Assembly: GCF_001194135.2 (NCBI RefSeq)
Contig: NC_068984.1
Coordinates: 118,286,056 to 118,350,055, forward strand
Origin: Octopus bimaculoides
Lineage: Eukaryota
Direction: 5' to 3'
DNA: 64,000 nucleotides
Made by a program: the position numbers and the translations under genes. Positions 50,463 through 63,640 of this stretch are shown here, piece after piece. The stretch's first letter is position 1, and each line of letters starts with the position of its first letter. The notes below the pieces were generated by a model. That model worked only from the letters and a program-made list of their open reading frames with translations, searched no databases and was not told where the DNA came from.

Positions 50463-51780
50463 ATTTCTTTTATTAGGCACAAGGCCTCTATAACAACACA
50501 GAAACAGACAAAACAATACAATGGGGTACATAAAAACAAATATTGAATGAAATTATGGATACTATGAAATAATGAGGATGGAATGACTTACCTGCCCCCC
50601 ATAAGCAGGTTGTTTCATTTTACTGTTTTTAAATAAAGTTTTACTTAACAGTTCAACATCCTGTCTTGCATCTGTTGGTTTTCCTTTTTTTCTTTTCTTT
50701 TTTTAAACACAGAGTCACTATTTACACCATATATTCCAATAAATCTTCAAATGCTGCAACTCATCGAAACGAAACTGTACCATTGTCACATCTTTCCTTT
50801 CCCCAAACAACTTCTTCAATCTTTCTCCTCTTTCCAGCAGAACAGCTTTCATACCTTCGTTGTCCTCCTTAGATGCCAATTCAATCCTAATTATGTTCTT
50901 CATCTTTGCAATCTTTTTTCCTATCTCTACACTTTTTGCGTATTGTATCATATGTCAAATCTTTCCCTTTTGGTGTCACTCTCTGTTTTCTTTCACCAGT
51001 CACTTCTTCTGTTATTGGTATTCCTATCTCTGTATGTCTCTCATTCTCTCTTTCATTTTCCTTTTTCTTCTGTACTCTCTCCTGCTTGCTAGATGATGGT
51101 AACGGTCTCTGCGTTCGCTCCTCACTTGCATTTGTTGACCTTTATTTTTTTTTCTCTGCTTGTTCGTTTTTTCATGTTTTTCACTCTGCGTCTCCTCTCC
51201 ACTTACCTTTCTTTTCTTCCTAGGACTCTTTGCGGGTGAGACTGTGTTACTTTCCTTTCTCTTTACCACTGTATGCTGTTCTTCCATTTTTTCCTCCTCT
51301 ACGGTTAAACCCTCTTCTTGATGTTCCTTCTCTATCTCCTCCTCTTCGTGTTTCTGGGAACACTTAGCTTTCATGTGTCCCCTTACTCCACATAGATAGC
51401 ATACGGGAGGTTTTCCTTCCACCACAATTCTCAACCTCGTCTCGTCCTGTAGTACTAATTCTTCTGCAATTTTGTGGAGGTCTGGTAAGCTTATATGAAC
51501 CGATACCTCCAGTCCATATCCCCGGCAGTTCACCTCCGTAGTTCTTGTGGTCTTCAATATTTGGGTATCGTCCTCTGTGTTATAGAGGATGGCTGCCACC
51601 AGCCACGCCTCGTCAATTTCTGGGGGCACTCTACCAATCCTTACTCTGGCAACACGTTTACCACAGTAGGTTTGTGGTAGCACCCACTCAATTGATCTCA
51701 AAGGCACAGTGGAGTGTTTTACTGCTTCTTCTTCACTCACGAAGAGTACTTTCACTGTGCCGTATTTCTTTCCTCTGGTG
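50463..51780 (-). mobile_element. ORF1-only L1/Tx1-like retroelement, 5' end cut at a SINE
   Basis: A 243-aa ORF with a CCHC knuckle, then a short basic ORF, a 3' UTR and AATAAAAGAAAT. No endonuclease or RT. Confidence 0.65.
51024..51755 (-). CDS. Gag-like/ORF1 nucleic-acid-binding protein with CX2CX4HX4C knuckle and K/E-rich tail
   Basis: RIVVEGKPPVCYLCGVRGHMKAKC. The frame extends upstream only about 8 codons (YTRGKKYGT) to a stop at the SINE junction. Confidence 0.75.
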   Translation of the reverse strand: MKVLFVSEEEAVKHSTVPLRSIEWVLPQTYCGKRVARVRIGRVPPEIDEAWLVAAILYNTEDDTQILKTTRTTEVNCRGYGLEVSVHISLPDLHKIAEELVLQDETRLRIVVEGKPPVCYLCGVRGHMKAKCSQKHEEEEIEKEHQEEGLTVEEEKMEEQHTVVKRKESNTVSPAKSPRKKRKVSGEETQSEKHEKTNKQRKKNKGQQMQVRSERRDRYHHLASRREYRRKRKMKERMRDIQR

Positions 51781-51789
51781 TATTATGCG

Positions 51790-53114
51790 TCTGTGTCTGT
51801 ATTTGTCCCCACCATCACCACCATCGCTTCACAACTGGTGTTGATGTGTTTATGTCCCCGTAACTTACCGGTTCGGCAAAAAAATTCGATAAAGTAGGTA
51901 TAAGGTTTAAAGATAAAATACAGTACTGGAGTCGATACATTCGACTAAAAATTCTCCAACGTAATGCCCCAGCATGGCCGCAGTTTAATGACTGAAACAA
52001 GTAAAAGATAGATATCTGCAAAACGTGAAAGCCAGAGAGCTGTTATTTCTGTTTGTTTTATACAACGCGACAGGACATAAAACTCGCAGACTACCAAACC
52101 TTTTTGTGTGAACCACATCGGTAATCACAATTGTAGGCTGTCTGAATGTTTCTTAATAGTTTCTTGTAATCAGGAAAATAAGGGTAACGAATACGATAAC
52201 AGAATGAAGGTGTCATTAATAATCTTCAACATTTACGTGTCTTAAGGGAGTATGTTTCACTTCACATACATACATGAGAGCTACCAATAGAAATTTTGAT
52301 GATACGTGTAACTATTTTCAAGCAATATTAAGTTAGATTACTATCTCAACAGGAACGTATGGTATCGATAATCGATCGTTGAATGATATACCTTTCACCT
52401 TTGTCATATGCTAATCAGTATCTATACACTACACCCATCTTATGTACGAGTTCTAGAAACAATACAGAACGTATTCTAAATAAATGTCTTTAACGGTAAT
52501 CGATACGACAAGCCCTCGGCTGAATAGTTGGAATTCTATTGACAAGGCAGATTGCGGCTCTCAGGTAAACGACACGGATCGCATAAGATATAACAAACTT
52601 TGACGTTGACCAATAGATATTATCATAGTGATCAAACAGGCGTGGCTGTGTGGTGAGAAGCTTGCTTCACAACCACACGGTTCCGGGTTCAATCCCACTG
52701 CGTGGCACCTTTGGCAAGTGCTTTCTATTATACCCTCAGGTCGATAAAAGACTCGTGAGTGGATTTGGTAGACGGAAACTGAAAGAAATCCGTCGTATGT
52801 GTGTGTTTGTATGTATGTGTGTATGTATGTATGTATGTATGTATTTATGTATGTATGTATGTATGTATGTATGTCTTTGTGTGTGTTTGGCCCCTAGCAA
52901 CGCTTGATAACCGTTGCTCGTCTTTTACGTCACCATAATTTAGCGGTTTAACAAAAGAGATCGATAGAATAAGTAACAAGCTTTAAAAAATAAGTATTTA
53001 TATAAGTATATATATGTATATGTGTATATACATATATGTATATATATATATATGTATATATATGTATATGTATATATATGTATATGTATATATATGTATA
53101 TACATATATCCATA

Positions 53115-53185
<71 letters not shown>

Positions 53186-53500
53186 ATATAAGCGCAGGAG
53201 TGGCAGTGTGGTAAGATGCTTTCCGGGATCAGTCCCACTGCGTGGAACCTTGGACAAGTGTCTTCTACTATAGCCTCGAACCTGCCAAAGCCGTGTGAAT
53301 GGATCTGGTAGAAGGAAACTGAAAGAAATCCGTCGCATATGTGTGTGTGTGTGTGCGTGTGTGTGTGTGCGCGCGCGTGCGTGTGTGTGTGTGTGTGTGT
53401 GTAAGCGTGCGTGCGTGTGTGTGTTTTTGTCTGTGTTTGTCCCCACTCCTCACCACCATTACTTGACAACCGATATTGGTGTGTTTACGTCCCGTATCAT
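51790..53500 (+). mobile_element. Cluster of SINE family C copies (51790-52010, 52637-52990, 53190-53500)
   Basis: Similarity to other copies; internal (TATG)n and (TG)n tracts. Confidence 0.8.
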
Positions 53501-55159
53501 AATGAATTGAGTCACGGTGCAGTTTCTCTCACAGACAGTGCCCAATTGACAAAATCAAAAACAGACAAATACGCATGCGTGAAATAAAAAATATCAAATG
53601 GCGACAGTTTACCCATCACACCCTGTATGTATGTATGTAGACGTAGCAGTACGTTCTTCAGTCGTAACAGTCTATTGATTGCGTTTACCCTCTAATATTC
53701 AAGTATGATCGTTTTATACGTGTATATGTGTATACATACATACACATATAAGCCTTTACTTTCTGTAAGGACGCAAGAGTATTTGAGGTAATGAAAGATG
53801 GCTGTCGTTCAAAAGGCAGTGTTGTGGGGCCGAACTCGGCACTACGCGATTTCGAGGCGAACTTCTTGAACCATTGGCTATTCTTGCACGCACATCTGCC
53901 CTCATTGCTTTGCTTTTATCGCCTGAAGTTGATAAAATCAGTACACTAGGGAAGTGGGGTATAGGTGATCAGATATTGACCCATACAGATAAAAGGAGAG
54001 ATTGCGCCTAGCCGAAACAATCAATATTTAAGAAGCTACTTTTTTCTTCTTCTTTTTTTTTACGAAAGTACATCAAAGTATTAAAATATGTTAGAAGTAC
54101 GTATTATACAAATACTTGCCACCTTCAATGCAAGGGAAAAGTTTAATGGCTATTTTTCCCTCATAAATAGTCAAGCAATAATCATTGTTAAAAAGCTTGA
54201 CAGTGCATAAAAAGAAAAGATTATAAAAATTTAGAGATATTACTTCCGTTATAATTACTAAACAACAATACATACCCGACGTTATGTATACAGTAATATA
54301 CATAATACATTACGTTCCTGCTTAATCTACCCGTGACAAGCTACTATAACTAGCAATTCGATCGATAACCGAGATTCATTGATCCGCAAAGCTTTTTCTA
54401 TCCATTTCTCATTCCATATAATTTGCTGTCACTTCTCCAGTGGTCATACTTATCAATTCCTTTTATCTCAACGTTCTAGTCTGTGTCTTTTTTTTCTTTT
54501 CCTTCTTGCTGTTTTTTTTTTTATTTATCCATTTATTTATTTATTTGACATGACATCTCTTTTTACCAGATGTGATCTATTGGAAATGAATAATTGGTTG
54601 AAATAAGTAAAGATACCTAAAGAACATCAGACAAAGCGTGTAGAGGAGGAAGAGAGAGAAAGAGAGAGAAAGAGAGAAAAAGGTGGAGTTAGAAATAGAG
54701 AAAAAGAAAGAATGAAAGAGAGAAAAACAGCATGTGGCTGGGGGAGAAGAAATATGAGATAGAAAAGGGTAAAATAAGGATAAAAAAAACCCATCAGGAC
54801 TACAATAGAATCTTGTCTGCTCTCGATGATTCTTAAAGGTAATGTACTAATGACATCAATATTTGGTCGAAATTTGGTTGAATGCAGACGACAGCTAATA
54901 GTGTTTCTAATATTTGTTATCTCAATCTTTGTGAAGAATAATCTTAAAAGAAATGATAACGAAAGGTGATGAATTTTAGACATTCCTCAGTATATTATAA
55001 GTTTTCTGGTGTTATTTATTTATTTATATATTTCTATTTAGCGAAGATTCATCCTTGCATTATAGAGATAAATGTGATCGATTTATTTGTGTGTTTGTAA
55101 AGTCTGCGCTTTGATAACAAAATTCTTTGGAATAAGATAATGTACTTCTGATTTAGACA

Positions 55160-55740
55160 CAAGACCAACAATTTTTAATAGGTGGGGGTTAGTCAGTAGC
55201 TGATCCCCAGTACTTGACTGGTACTGTATCGACACCGGAGGGATGAAAGTCACAACTGACCGGGGAAATTTGGCCATATAAATTGTCTATAGTTTCAATT
55301 TGGAGTTTATTTTCTGTTTTAAACGTTGAACAATTAAACAACGTAAATAGCTATCGCTTTTACAGAAAAATAACAAAGAAAAATTCGCTCCATAGAACTA
55401 GTTCCAACTTGTCCCAAGAAAATCGCAGAGAAGGAGTCCTCAGTGCAAAAAAGTTTCCCTCAAATCTTTCGCGAATATTCTATGGAAAAGAAAGGACACA
55501 TTATGCAATAGAGAGATATACTTGCTGGATCTCTCCCAAAATTAAACAGTGACTTTGTTATTGGTGCAGACGTGAGGTGAAGAAGCTCGCTTTGAAACCA
55601 TGTGGTTTCAGGGTCAGTGCCACCGTGTGGTACCTTGGGCAAGTGTCTTCTACTATAGCCCAGGTCGACCGACACCTGGTGATGGAACTGGTTAACGGAA
55701 ACTGTGTGGAATCCCAACGTATATATAATATATATAACAC
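55160..55740. mobile_element. SINE B fragment (minus, 55160-55275) and SINE C 5' module (plus, 55560-55740)
   Basis: Similarity to other copies in the window. Confidence 0.65.
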
Positions 55741-57724
55741 TGTGTAAGACGATTTTTGTATTTGGGTAGTAGCTGTTATTTCCTATTTGCTTATCTCTAG
55801 AAAGTATGAAACATGGCTAATATTTCTTTCAAACTTTACTTGTGTTATATTTATTCAAACCGCACAGAATCCCTCCCAACACATGGCTATGATACTCCCC
55901 ATATTCCTGCCCCTAATCAGAGATGCACATACTGTCAGCCACTAACTGACAAACTTAAGAGGATAAGGTCAAGCAAGTGACAAGCAAATCTGTTTTATTG
56001 AGCAGAATATTTGCTATTACGATATTTCTGCTTCAGCAACTCAGCGCTGACGCCCAGGTCACAAAAGAAAAGTTTGAAGGGAGTAGAAGTCATTTCCTTT
56101 GATTCCTAAATAGAAGTAAATAGGAAATAATACTTACTGACCAAACACACAAAAAAAATTTAATATTGTCACTTAGTGTAATCATAGCTTTATCTCCAAA
56201 ACGATGTCGAAACAGCAAGTGATTTAGACTGATGCTTCTATACTTTATAGATTCTGCAACACTTTAAAGAAAATTTCTAAGTGGAAGTCATCCTACAGTT
56301 TTAATAGACAAGGTTACTAATATATAATGCTAATTTGGAACAATTAATGCATAATTCGTCTTTAAAGAAACTGTTGGAAGTGTTACCGATGTAAACGGGA
56401 GGCGGGGAGTATTTATTGATTTATTCCAATCTAATTGAATATATAGTTTTTATTCACTTTATTTATTTATTTATTTATTGCTTGAATGTATTATTGATAT
56501 TAATATACGCTGTTTAATAGAAGTGTAAACAAATAATATTAAATTATAAGCAAGGGAAACAAAATCAGAGTCAGTGAGGACTAGAGACGATCTGTCATGG
56601 CAATAAAAACAATAAAACAGTTAATGATATTCATAAATAAATAAATAAGTTATTTTTTATGGTTTAATCAGAGGCCGAAGAGCAGAGGCTATGAACTTTT
56701 TCAAGCTCTCCAACAATGGTTACTGGGTGGAGGGAAGAGTTATTCTCAGATAGGAACCCTGGCTCAAATGCTCGCAACAGAATGGACTTGGCTAAAGACA
56801 TCCATGGGACAAATTACCTTATACTGGTGACAGATTAAATCTAATACCATAGGATGTTGCAGATTATTTTAATCTCAGAATAGCACTTACTGAGTAGACT
56901 TATCATTTAAGGCGTTCAAACCGTAACTGTTCTATCTTAATGTATATCACAAACCAATACGTTCTTTATTTATGACGGTATGGTGTGGTTCGTGGAAGAC
57001 TTAACTAACGTTTAAGGTGGTGTAACCGTGTAGAGATTCCTTCATTGGCTCATCATGAATCTCGACGTTTTGGGTCACACTCTTTTCCATTATACAGCTT
57101 GTTTCTTACTTTTTCAGGAATTAAGATGTCAGTAATCTTAGAAGAATGAATTATGCTTTGTTTATTTTGAGTGATAAAATATAAATTGAATTCTCTAAGA
57201 ATATTTCCCATTAGTTACAGTCGAGCCAAGTTCGAATGCTAAACATGTGCTTTCGTTTCTTTTCTATAAACAGGCTTTTTTATACAAATACACAAAGGCA
57301 ACGTGCAAGTCAGCAAAAAACAAAAAACGAAAGCCTTTATTGAAATTGAAGCTTCATCTTTTTGCTTGACATTTCAACTTAATTATCTCTATACACAAGG
57401 AATGTGACAACTGTCGGCCTTCTCGTTAATCTCTTTATACATCTCCAGAGTAAGTCTGTGTGTATTTTGAAACCTATGAGGCATGTGTGTCTACGTAAAT
57501 ATTTGTTGATTATTTCATTGTGACTAACTTCGAAGTTATTTACACTTTATTTATCTGCGAGGCTCGAAGATGCACTTCCTCAGCTCAGCTGAAGGTGTAA
57601 GCAGACAGACAATACCCATGCTGACTTGTTCAAGGAGCCACATCTCAAAACTAAGAACAAGACCGTGTGTGTGTGTGAGAGAGAGAGAGAGAGGGAGAGA
57701 GAGAGAGAGAGGGAGAGAGAGAGA

Positions 57725-57799
<75 letters not shown>

Positions 57800-57843
57800 N
57801 NNNNNNNNNNNNNNNNNNNNNNNNNNNNAGAGAGCGAGAGAGA

Positions 57844-57889
<46 letters not shown>

Positions 57890-57925
57890 GCGTTTGTGTG
57901 TGTGTTTGTGAGAGAGCGAGAGAGA

Positions 57926-57957
<32 letters not shown>

Positions 57958-57960
<3 letters not shown>

Positions 57961-58440
57961 GAATTGTTTTTTGCTGATGATTATATCTTTGTCTTCCACA
58001 GTGTGGAGGGCTTGCAGAGCTTGGTCGATGCTTTTAACGGTGCCACCACAAAGTTCAGCTTGAAAATGAACATCTGGAAAACTGAAGGTTTTTATCAGCT
58101 AAGTCCTGACACGAAGCAAGAGACGCAATTCGAGTCAGTCGTTATCAAAAAGCAGGTGCTAGTAGAGGCAAACCACTTTATCTGTGCAATAAAATCAGTA
58201 ATAATTGGCAGGTAGAAGCACATTGGAGAACAAGATTGCAGAATGTGCACAACCAACTGGGTACTTGAAAGATTGAGAGTGTGACCGAGAAACAACAAGC
58301 ATGTGTTGGTCCAAGAGTATTGCCCGATAGTATGATTGCTCGATATTCCACGGATCAGAGAGTATAGACGATATAAGGCAAACAGGTAGCAAAAATTGCA
58401 CGTATTCTTGGTGAGACACTCGAGACAGATCATGCCACAC
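57958..58440 (+). mobile_element. RTE (BovB-like) LINE RT fragment
   Basis: ELFFADD..HSVEGLQSLVDAFNGATTKFSLKMNIWKTE matches the RT YADD box and downstream motifs. Confidence 0.8.
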
Positions 58441-59784
58441 TATTTACAGTACATAGGTCGTTTACATTATTGTTGGTTACGTGATATAACTATACGTAAA
58501 TTCAAAGGTAGTAAAATAAATTGCAGGATTTAAATTAGCAGGTTTATGTTGTTTTATTAACCGTGTATTCTTATTTTCATTTATCTTATTTGTACATTTT
58601 CAGCTTCATATTTAAAACCTCTGCTTATACCACTATTTATACTTCTTTACAATTTATATATTTACTTCTGAAGTTAGTGACGGTAGTTTCTTCGTATCAG
58701 CAGATCATGCGGTTGAGCGGTGCGCCCTCAAGTGCCAACGAAAACCAATCTTTCGTGTAGAATTTTTCTTACTGCTTGCATTTAGAAGTTTTAAAGTGAA
58801 AGTCTGTCTGCGCAATCCAACTCCAATCTTTAGACTTAGATATCTAACCACAGAGGTTCAACGAGCTAAGATAGCTGCAGTGGCTAACAAGCTGTAGGTT
58901 TTACATTCCAGTGGCCTTATCACAGATTAATTGCCTTACAAGGCTGGAGAGCTCCACCTATCCTTGAGTGGCCAGATGGCTGTCAGGGAGCGCACCGACC
59001 ACCCGAAGGACTCTACAACTTGATTTGCTGTCGAGGTTGATTTCCTTAGCCTTTTCCTTTCCCATGGCACGTACAGGGCAGTGAGTATTTGTGCTTAGAG
59101 TTTTTTTTTTTCATAGCATGTTGAGACCCTAGTAGGTGCTACTGCTCCTGATCAGAATAGACTTGAGGACAATAGTGTATAAGAGGTAGTTCCACACTCC
59201 TCAAAACCCCCAGAACTCTCGAACCAGGGCCGCACTACTGGATGCAATTTGAAGTCATATCCACGACAATTTTTCAGATTGTAATATGCTCCAAAAAGTA
59301 TATAATTTATGAAATGTTGTTTACTAAAATTTATGCACAGTTTACAGAGCTGAATGATGTATGTAAATTATCAAAGAACCTACTAAGAAATTGCATCATG
59401 CATCTTTGGAAAAACTACTTTTTTTATAATATGTTAGATAATCAAGATGGCGATGCTGTTTTTTATGTTATAATACACCTTTTCTTAAATATTTAGAAAT
59501 ACTTTCATACAGACGACAAAAATTCTTAGCCAAAAAACTCCTTAAATTATCAATATACAGAATAAAAATATTTGCAAGTCTAAAAGCTTGACTGAAAAAG
59601 TTACATAACCTGCAAATGTAATTAATAATTGCTTGCATGCAATAATGTTCAAACATTAAGAAACTTTAGAGCGCACATAAAACACACTTATATATACATG
59701 TTTATGATGTTTATTAATTTATATATATAAGGAAAATAAGGTAGAAAATGCTAATGCTATATTTGTATACACACACACACATAC

Positions 59785-59834
<50 letters not shown>

Positions 59835-59859
59835 GTTTGTAGAGATATATATATATATA

Positions 59860-60000
59860 CAGGCTGTATGATTAAGTCGATCGCTTTGCAGCCACGTAGT
59901 TTCCGGTTCAGTCCCAATGCAAGGCACCTTTGGCGAGTCTCTTCTTTTATAACCCCGAATCGACCAGTGCCTTGTAAGTGAATATAGTGAGCGGAGACTC

Positions 60001-60058
<58 letters not shown>
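59860..60058 (+). mobile_element. SINE family C, 5' module with (TG)n
   Basis: Similarity to other copies in the window. Confidence 0.75.
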
Positions 60059-60061
<3 letters not shown>

Positions 60062-60919
60062 AATTTATAAATGTTAGCATTTAATTTTATATGTATTCAT
60101 CTTGATTAAGACACCAGCAACTTCAGAGGAAAACCTCTCACAACAGTTCACCTGCGTTTAGCATTTCTGACTGCTACCGGCTCTCATTCCGTTTCACATT
60201 TTACTTTTCCTCTACCAGCGTCGACGGAATGTCAATCACATTGCGTTTTATTATATGTAAGATAATTGCTTGATCAAAAATTAAGAATCCTTAGAGTTCG
60301 TCTCTTTCAATTTTGATGCTTACTTCGTAAAATCTAAGGCGTAAAGAATTATTAGTAATAAACGATGGTGGGTTAAGTCACCTCTTTGTAATTCGTAAGG
60401 TTAGGAGGATGTAGTAAAATCAGAATCATGAATGAACAATCATTATGACACTTTTGATAAGGAAAGGACTTAAACTTTTAATCAAAATAATAAATCAAAA
60501 GTTTAGTATCAACAATTTGCTTTGCGCTACCATGAGAATGTACCAGTTCTTACTTATGTCTTCTTTAACTCTGCATACTTCACCGGATGCTAAAATGAAG
60601 CAAAATAAAATTAAAAATTGCTGGAGACAGAAGTTATCGAGTAACTAAAATTTATTACATTTCTCATAAAGCACTTAAAGAAATTCAGTTGAATGATTTG
60701 TGAACAGGATTAATCTTCCAAACAGAAGCTGTGCAACTCTATGACGGTTCAAGGTTAAGGAGCAGATGAATCTATTGGCAAAGAGAATTGTATAATTTAG
60801 CAAGGAGAATTCACTTATTTGCCTCATAAATATTAAAGACAAAAACAAAAATCACAAGAGAATATCATACTAAGTTGCATATATACATATTTATAACACG
60901 TGTGTGTGTGTGTGTGCAG

Positions 60920-61232
60920 TTAGGCACTTGGCTTAGTGGATACGGTATGCGGCTCGCGGTCGTACGGTCTTGAGTTCGATTCCTGGCAGCACTTTGTCTC
61001 CTTAAGCAAGATACTTATTTCACATTGCTCTCGTCCACTCAACTGGCAAAAATGTGTTGTACCTGTAATTCGAAGGAGCAAGCTTTGTCACATTCTGTCT
61101 CACGCTGGATCTCCCTGAGAAACACGTTAAGGTACGCACGTCTGTGTAGAACCCAGCCACTTGCACGTTCATTTCACGAGTAACTGATCAGATCAACTGG
61201 AACCCACGTCGTCATAACCGACTGAGTACCAG
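60920..61232 (+). mobile_element. SINE family A2
   Basis: Similarity to other copies in the window. Confidence 0.8.
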
Positions 61233-61272
61233 TTATATATATCAGTAAATAATATGTGACAATTATTCGGTA

Positions 61273-61342
61273 GCCATGATGAAACTCCGAGTTTCGGATG
61301 CCGGGGCGGAAATCCACGCCGCCATCTCTTCAGTTATCTGGC
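61273..61342 (-). ncRNA. Type I hammerhead ribozyme candidate with a long GC-rich stem II
   Basis: GCCAGATAA-CTGAAGA-GATGGCGGcgtggatttCCGCcccggCATC-C-GAAACTC-G-GAGTT-TCATCATGGC. Stem I about 8 bp with one mismatch and one bulge; near-palindromic stem III; GUU site. Confidence 0.55.
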
Positions 61343-61593
61343 CATCGTTATATGTCTGCAACATGGTCACTTTCTTTATTCCGCAGCATCTCAGAGATTT
61401 GATTATGTTCCTGTTTGCACGAATTCAAAAAAGTTTTCAGTTTTCCGGAAAGAATTATGTTTTATTTTTCTATTAGTCTTTTTTTCTTTTGTTTTGTTCT
61501 TTTTCTATTATTTCTTTGGAATTGTTAATTTGTGTTCACAGTCATTTTGCTGTTAATTACTGTTTTATTTTAAAAATATTTACGTGGCAATAG

Positions 61594-61630
<37 letters not shown>

Positions 61631-62027
61631 AATATGGCGTATAAAACTTGTTTAGATTGATTTGATCTCATTTATTTATTTCTTTTATTAAATAAGTTAC
61701 AGAATACAGACTAGTATAATCAATTAAAGATTTATAAACATGTTATGCTATGCCAAATTAACTTAACATAGGACATGCGAAGATAAAAACTTTAAGTAGT
61801 GTCTCTTAGATATAATCAGCTGTGAAACTCACAAATTCAACATAACACAAGCACGCGCATGGATGTGTGGAAGCGGGGTTATTCGTATTCTAAGGAATCA
61901 CACCTCGACAACATATGAACTTGTTAGTTGGCGTTCCAGGACACACAATTTTATGTAGGGATGGACTCAATGTAAATCCCTAGCACTCTTTTTCCTCACA
62001 CTTATAGATCTTAGTAAAGGCACGTGA

Positions 62028-62330
62028 CTTTGTGGTTACAGTATTCGGCTCACGATTGTAAGGATGTGAGTCTGATTCCCGGGGGCGCTTTGTGTCTTTG
62101 AGCAAGACACATTATTTCACGTTGCTCTAGTTCACTCAGCTGGCAAAAATGAGTAGAACTCGTATTGCAAAGGGCCAGCCTTGTCTCATTCTGTGTCACG
62201 CTGAATCTCCCTGAGAACTACGTTAAGGGTACGTATGTCTGTGGAGTACTCAACCACTTGCACGTTAACTTCACAAGTAGTTCTGTTGATCGGACCAACT
62301 GGAACCCTCGTCGTTGTAACCCACAAAGTA
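62028..62330 (+). mobile_element. SINE family A2
   Basis: Similarity to other copies in the window. Confidence 0.8.
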
Positions 62331-63236
62331 CCGGTATTGTGGATCTTAAGAAGATTGCTGAAGCTGTACAAAGGAGACAGAGCAAAGCCCAGGCGAAAGC
62401 TTCTAAAGAACGGAGAGACAATGAACGCATTTTAGTTGACACCTTCCATTAGCAACTTTGCAGGCAGTCGGCATTTCCGTTGTTCCACCTTGTTTTGCAT
62501 TTTTCGCATTTATGCGCTTACTCGTGTAAAGATATATATATATATATATANNNNNNNNNNNNNNNNNNNNNNNNNNNNNNNNNNNNNNNNNNNNNNNNNN
62601 NNNNNNNNNNNNNNNNNNNNNNNNNNNNNNNNNNNNNNNNNNNNNNNNNNNNNNNNNNNNNNNNNNNNNNNNNNNNNNNNNNNNNNNNNNNNNNNNNNNN
62701 NNNNNNNNNNNNNNNNNNNNNNNNNNNNNNNNNNNNNNNNNNNNNNNNNNNNNNNNNNNNNNNNNNNNNNNNNNNNNNNNNNNNNNNNNNNNNNNNNNNN
62801 NNNNNNNNNNNNNNNNNNNNNNNNNNNNNNNNNNNNNNNNNNNNNNNNNNNNNNNNNNNNNNNNNNNNNNNNNNNNNNNNNNNNNNNNNNNNNNNNNNNN
62901 NNNNNNNNNNNNNNNNNNNNNNNNNNNNNNNNNNNNNNNNNNNNNNNNNNNNNNNNNNNNNNNNNNNNNNNNNNNNNNNNNNNNNNNNNNNNNNNNNNNN
63001 NNNNNNNNNNNNNNNNNNNNNNNNNNNNNNNNNNNNNNNNNNNNNNNNNNNNNNNNNNNNNNNNNNNNNNNNNNNNNNNNNNNNNNNNNNNNNNNNNNNN
63101 NNNNNNNNNNNNNNNNNNNNNNNNNNNNNNNNNNNNNNNNNNNNNNNNNNNNNNNNNNNNNNNNNNNNNNNNNNNNNNNNNNNNNNNNNNNNNNNNNNNN
63201 NNNNNNNNNNNNNNNNNNNNNNNNNNNNNNNNNNNN

Positions 63237-63290
<54 letters not shown>

Positions 63291-63363
63291 CGTTTTTATT
63301 GGTCCCAGAGTTTATTGTGGAATGTGTCTTTCGGAGTTTCTAACTTCACATGATGTAAACAAT

Positions 63364-63412
<49 letters not shown>

Positions 63413-63587
63413 CAGGCAGACTACATATTTGAAAGTAGAAAAATCATGTTAACTCACACCAAGCTAAGTCAGCGATTTTGTTTCGCTTCACTTACGTATT
63501 TAATACACATGAGAAAAGTACACAGATCAACAAATCCCTTTCTCCCACTTAACTACACCAATAAGACTGATGGCTCTACTCATCGAT

Positions 63588-63640
63588 GCTTTACTGATGA
63601 GGTCATGTTCTGTTCGAAACATGACCGAATTTGTCTCCGT
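63588..63640 (+). ncRNA. Decayed hammerhead-like motif
   Basis: CTGATGA-GGTCATGTT-(loop)-AACATGACC-GAA-TTTGTC. Perfect 9-bp stem II, one A missing from GAAA, stem I not pairing. Confidence 0.4.

Noticed and set aside
54827-54969. 47-aa ORF with a transmembrane-like stretch
   Set aside because: Expected by chance in T-rich DNA; no supporting exons identified.
6839-62330. tRNA genes or a CRISPR-like array from recurring motifs
   Set aside because: The tRNA-like segments are SINE heads without full cloverleafs; the repeats are dispersed, not regularly spaced, and the DNA is eukaryotic.
1711-63353. Dozens of long ORFs rich in CV/HT/YI/LS dipeptides or X
   Set aside because: They are translations of microsatellites and N gaps.
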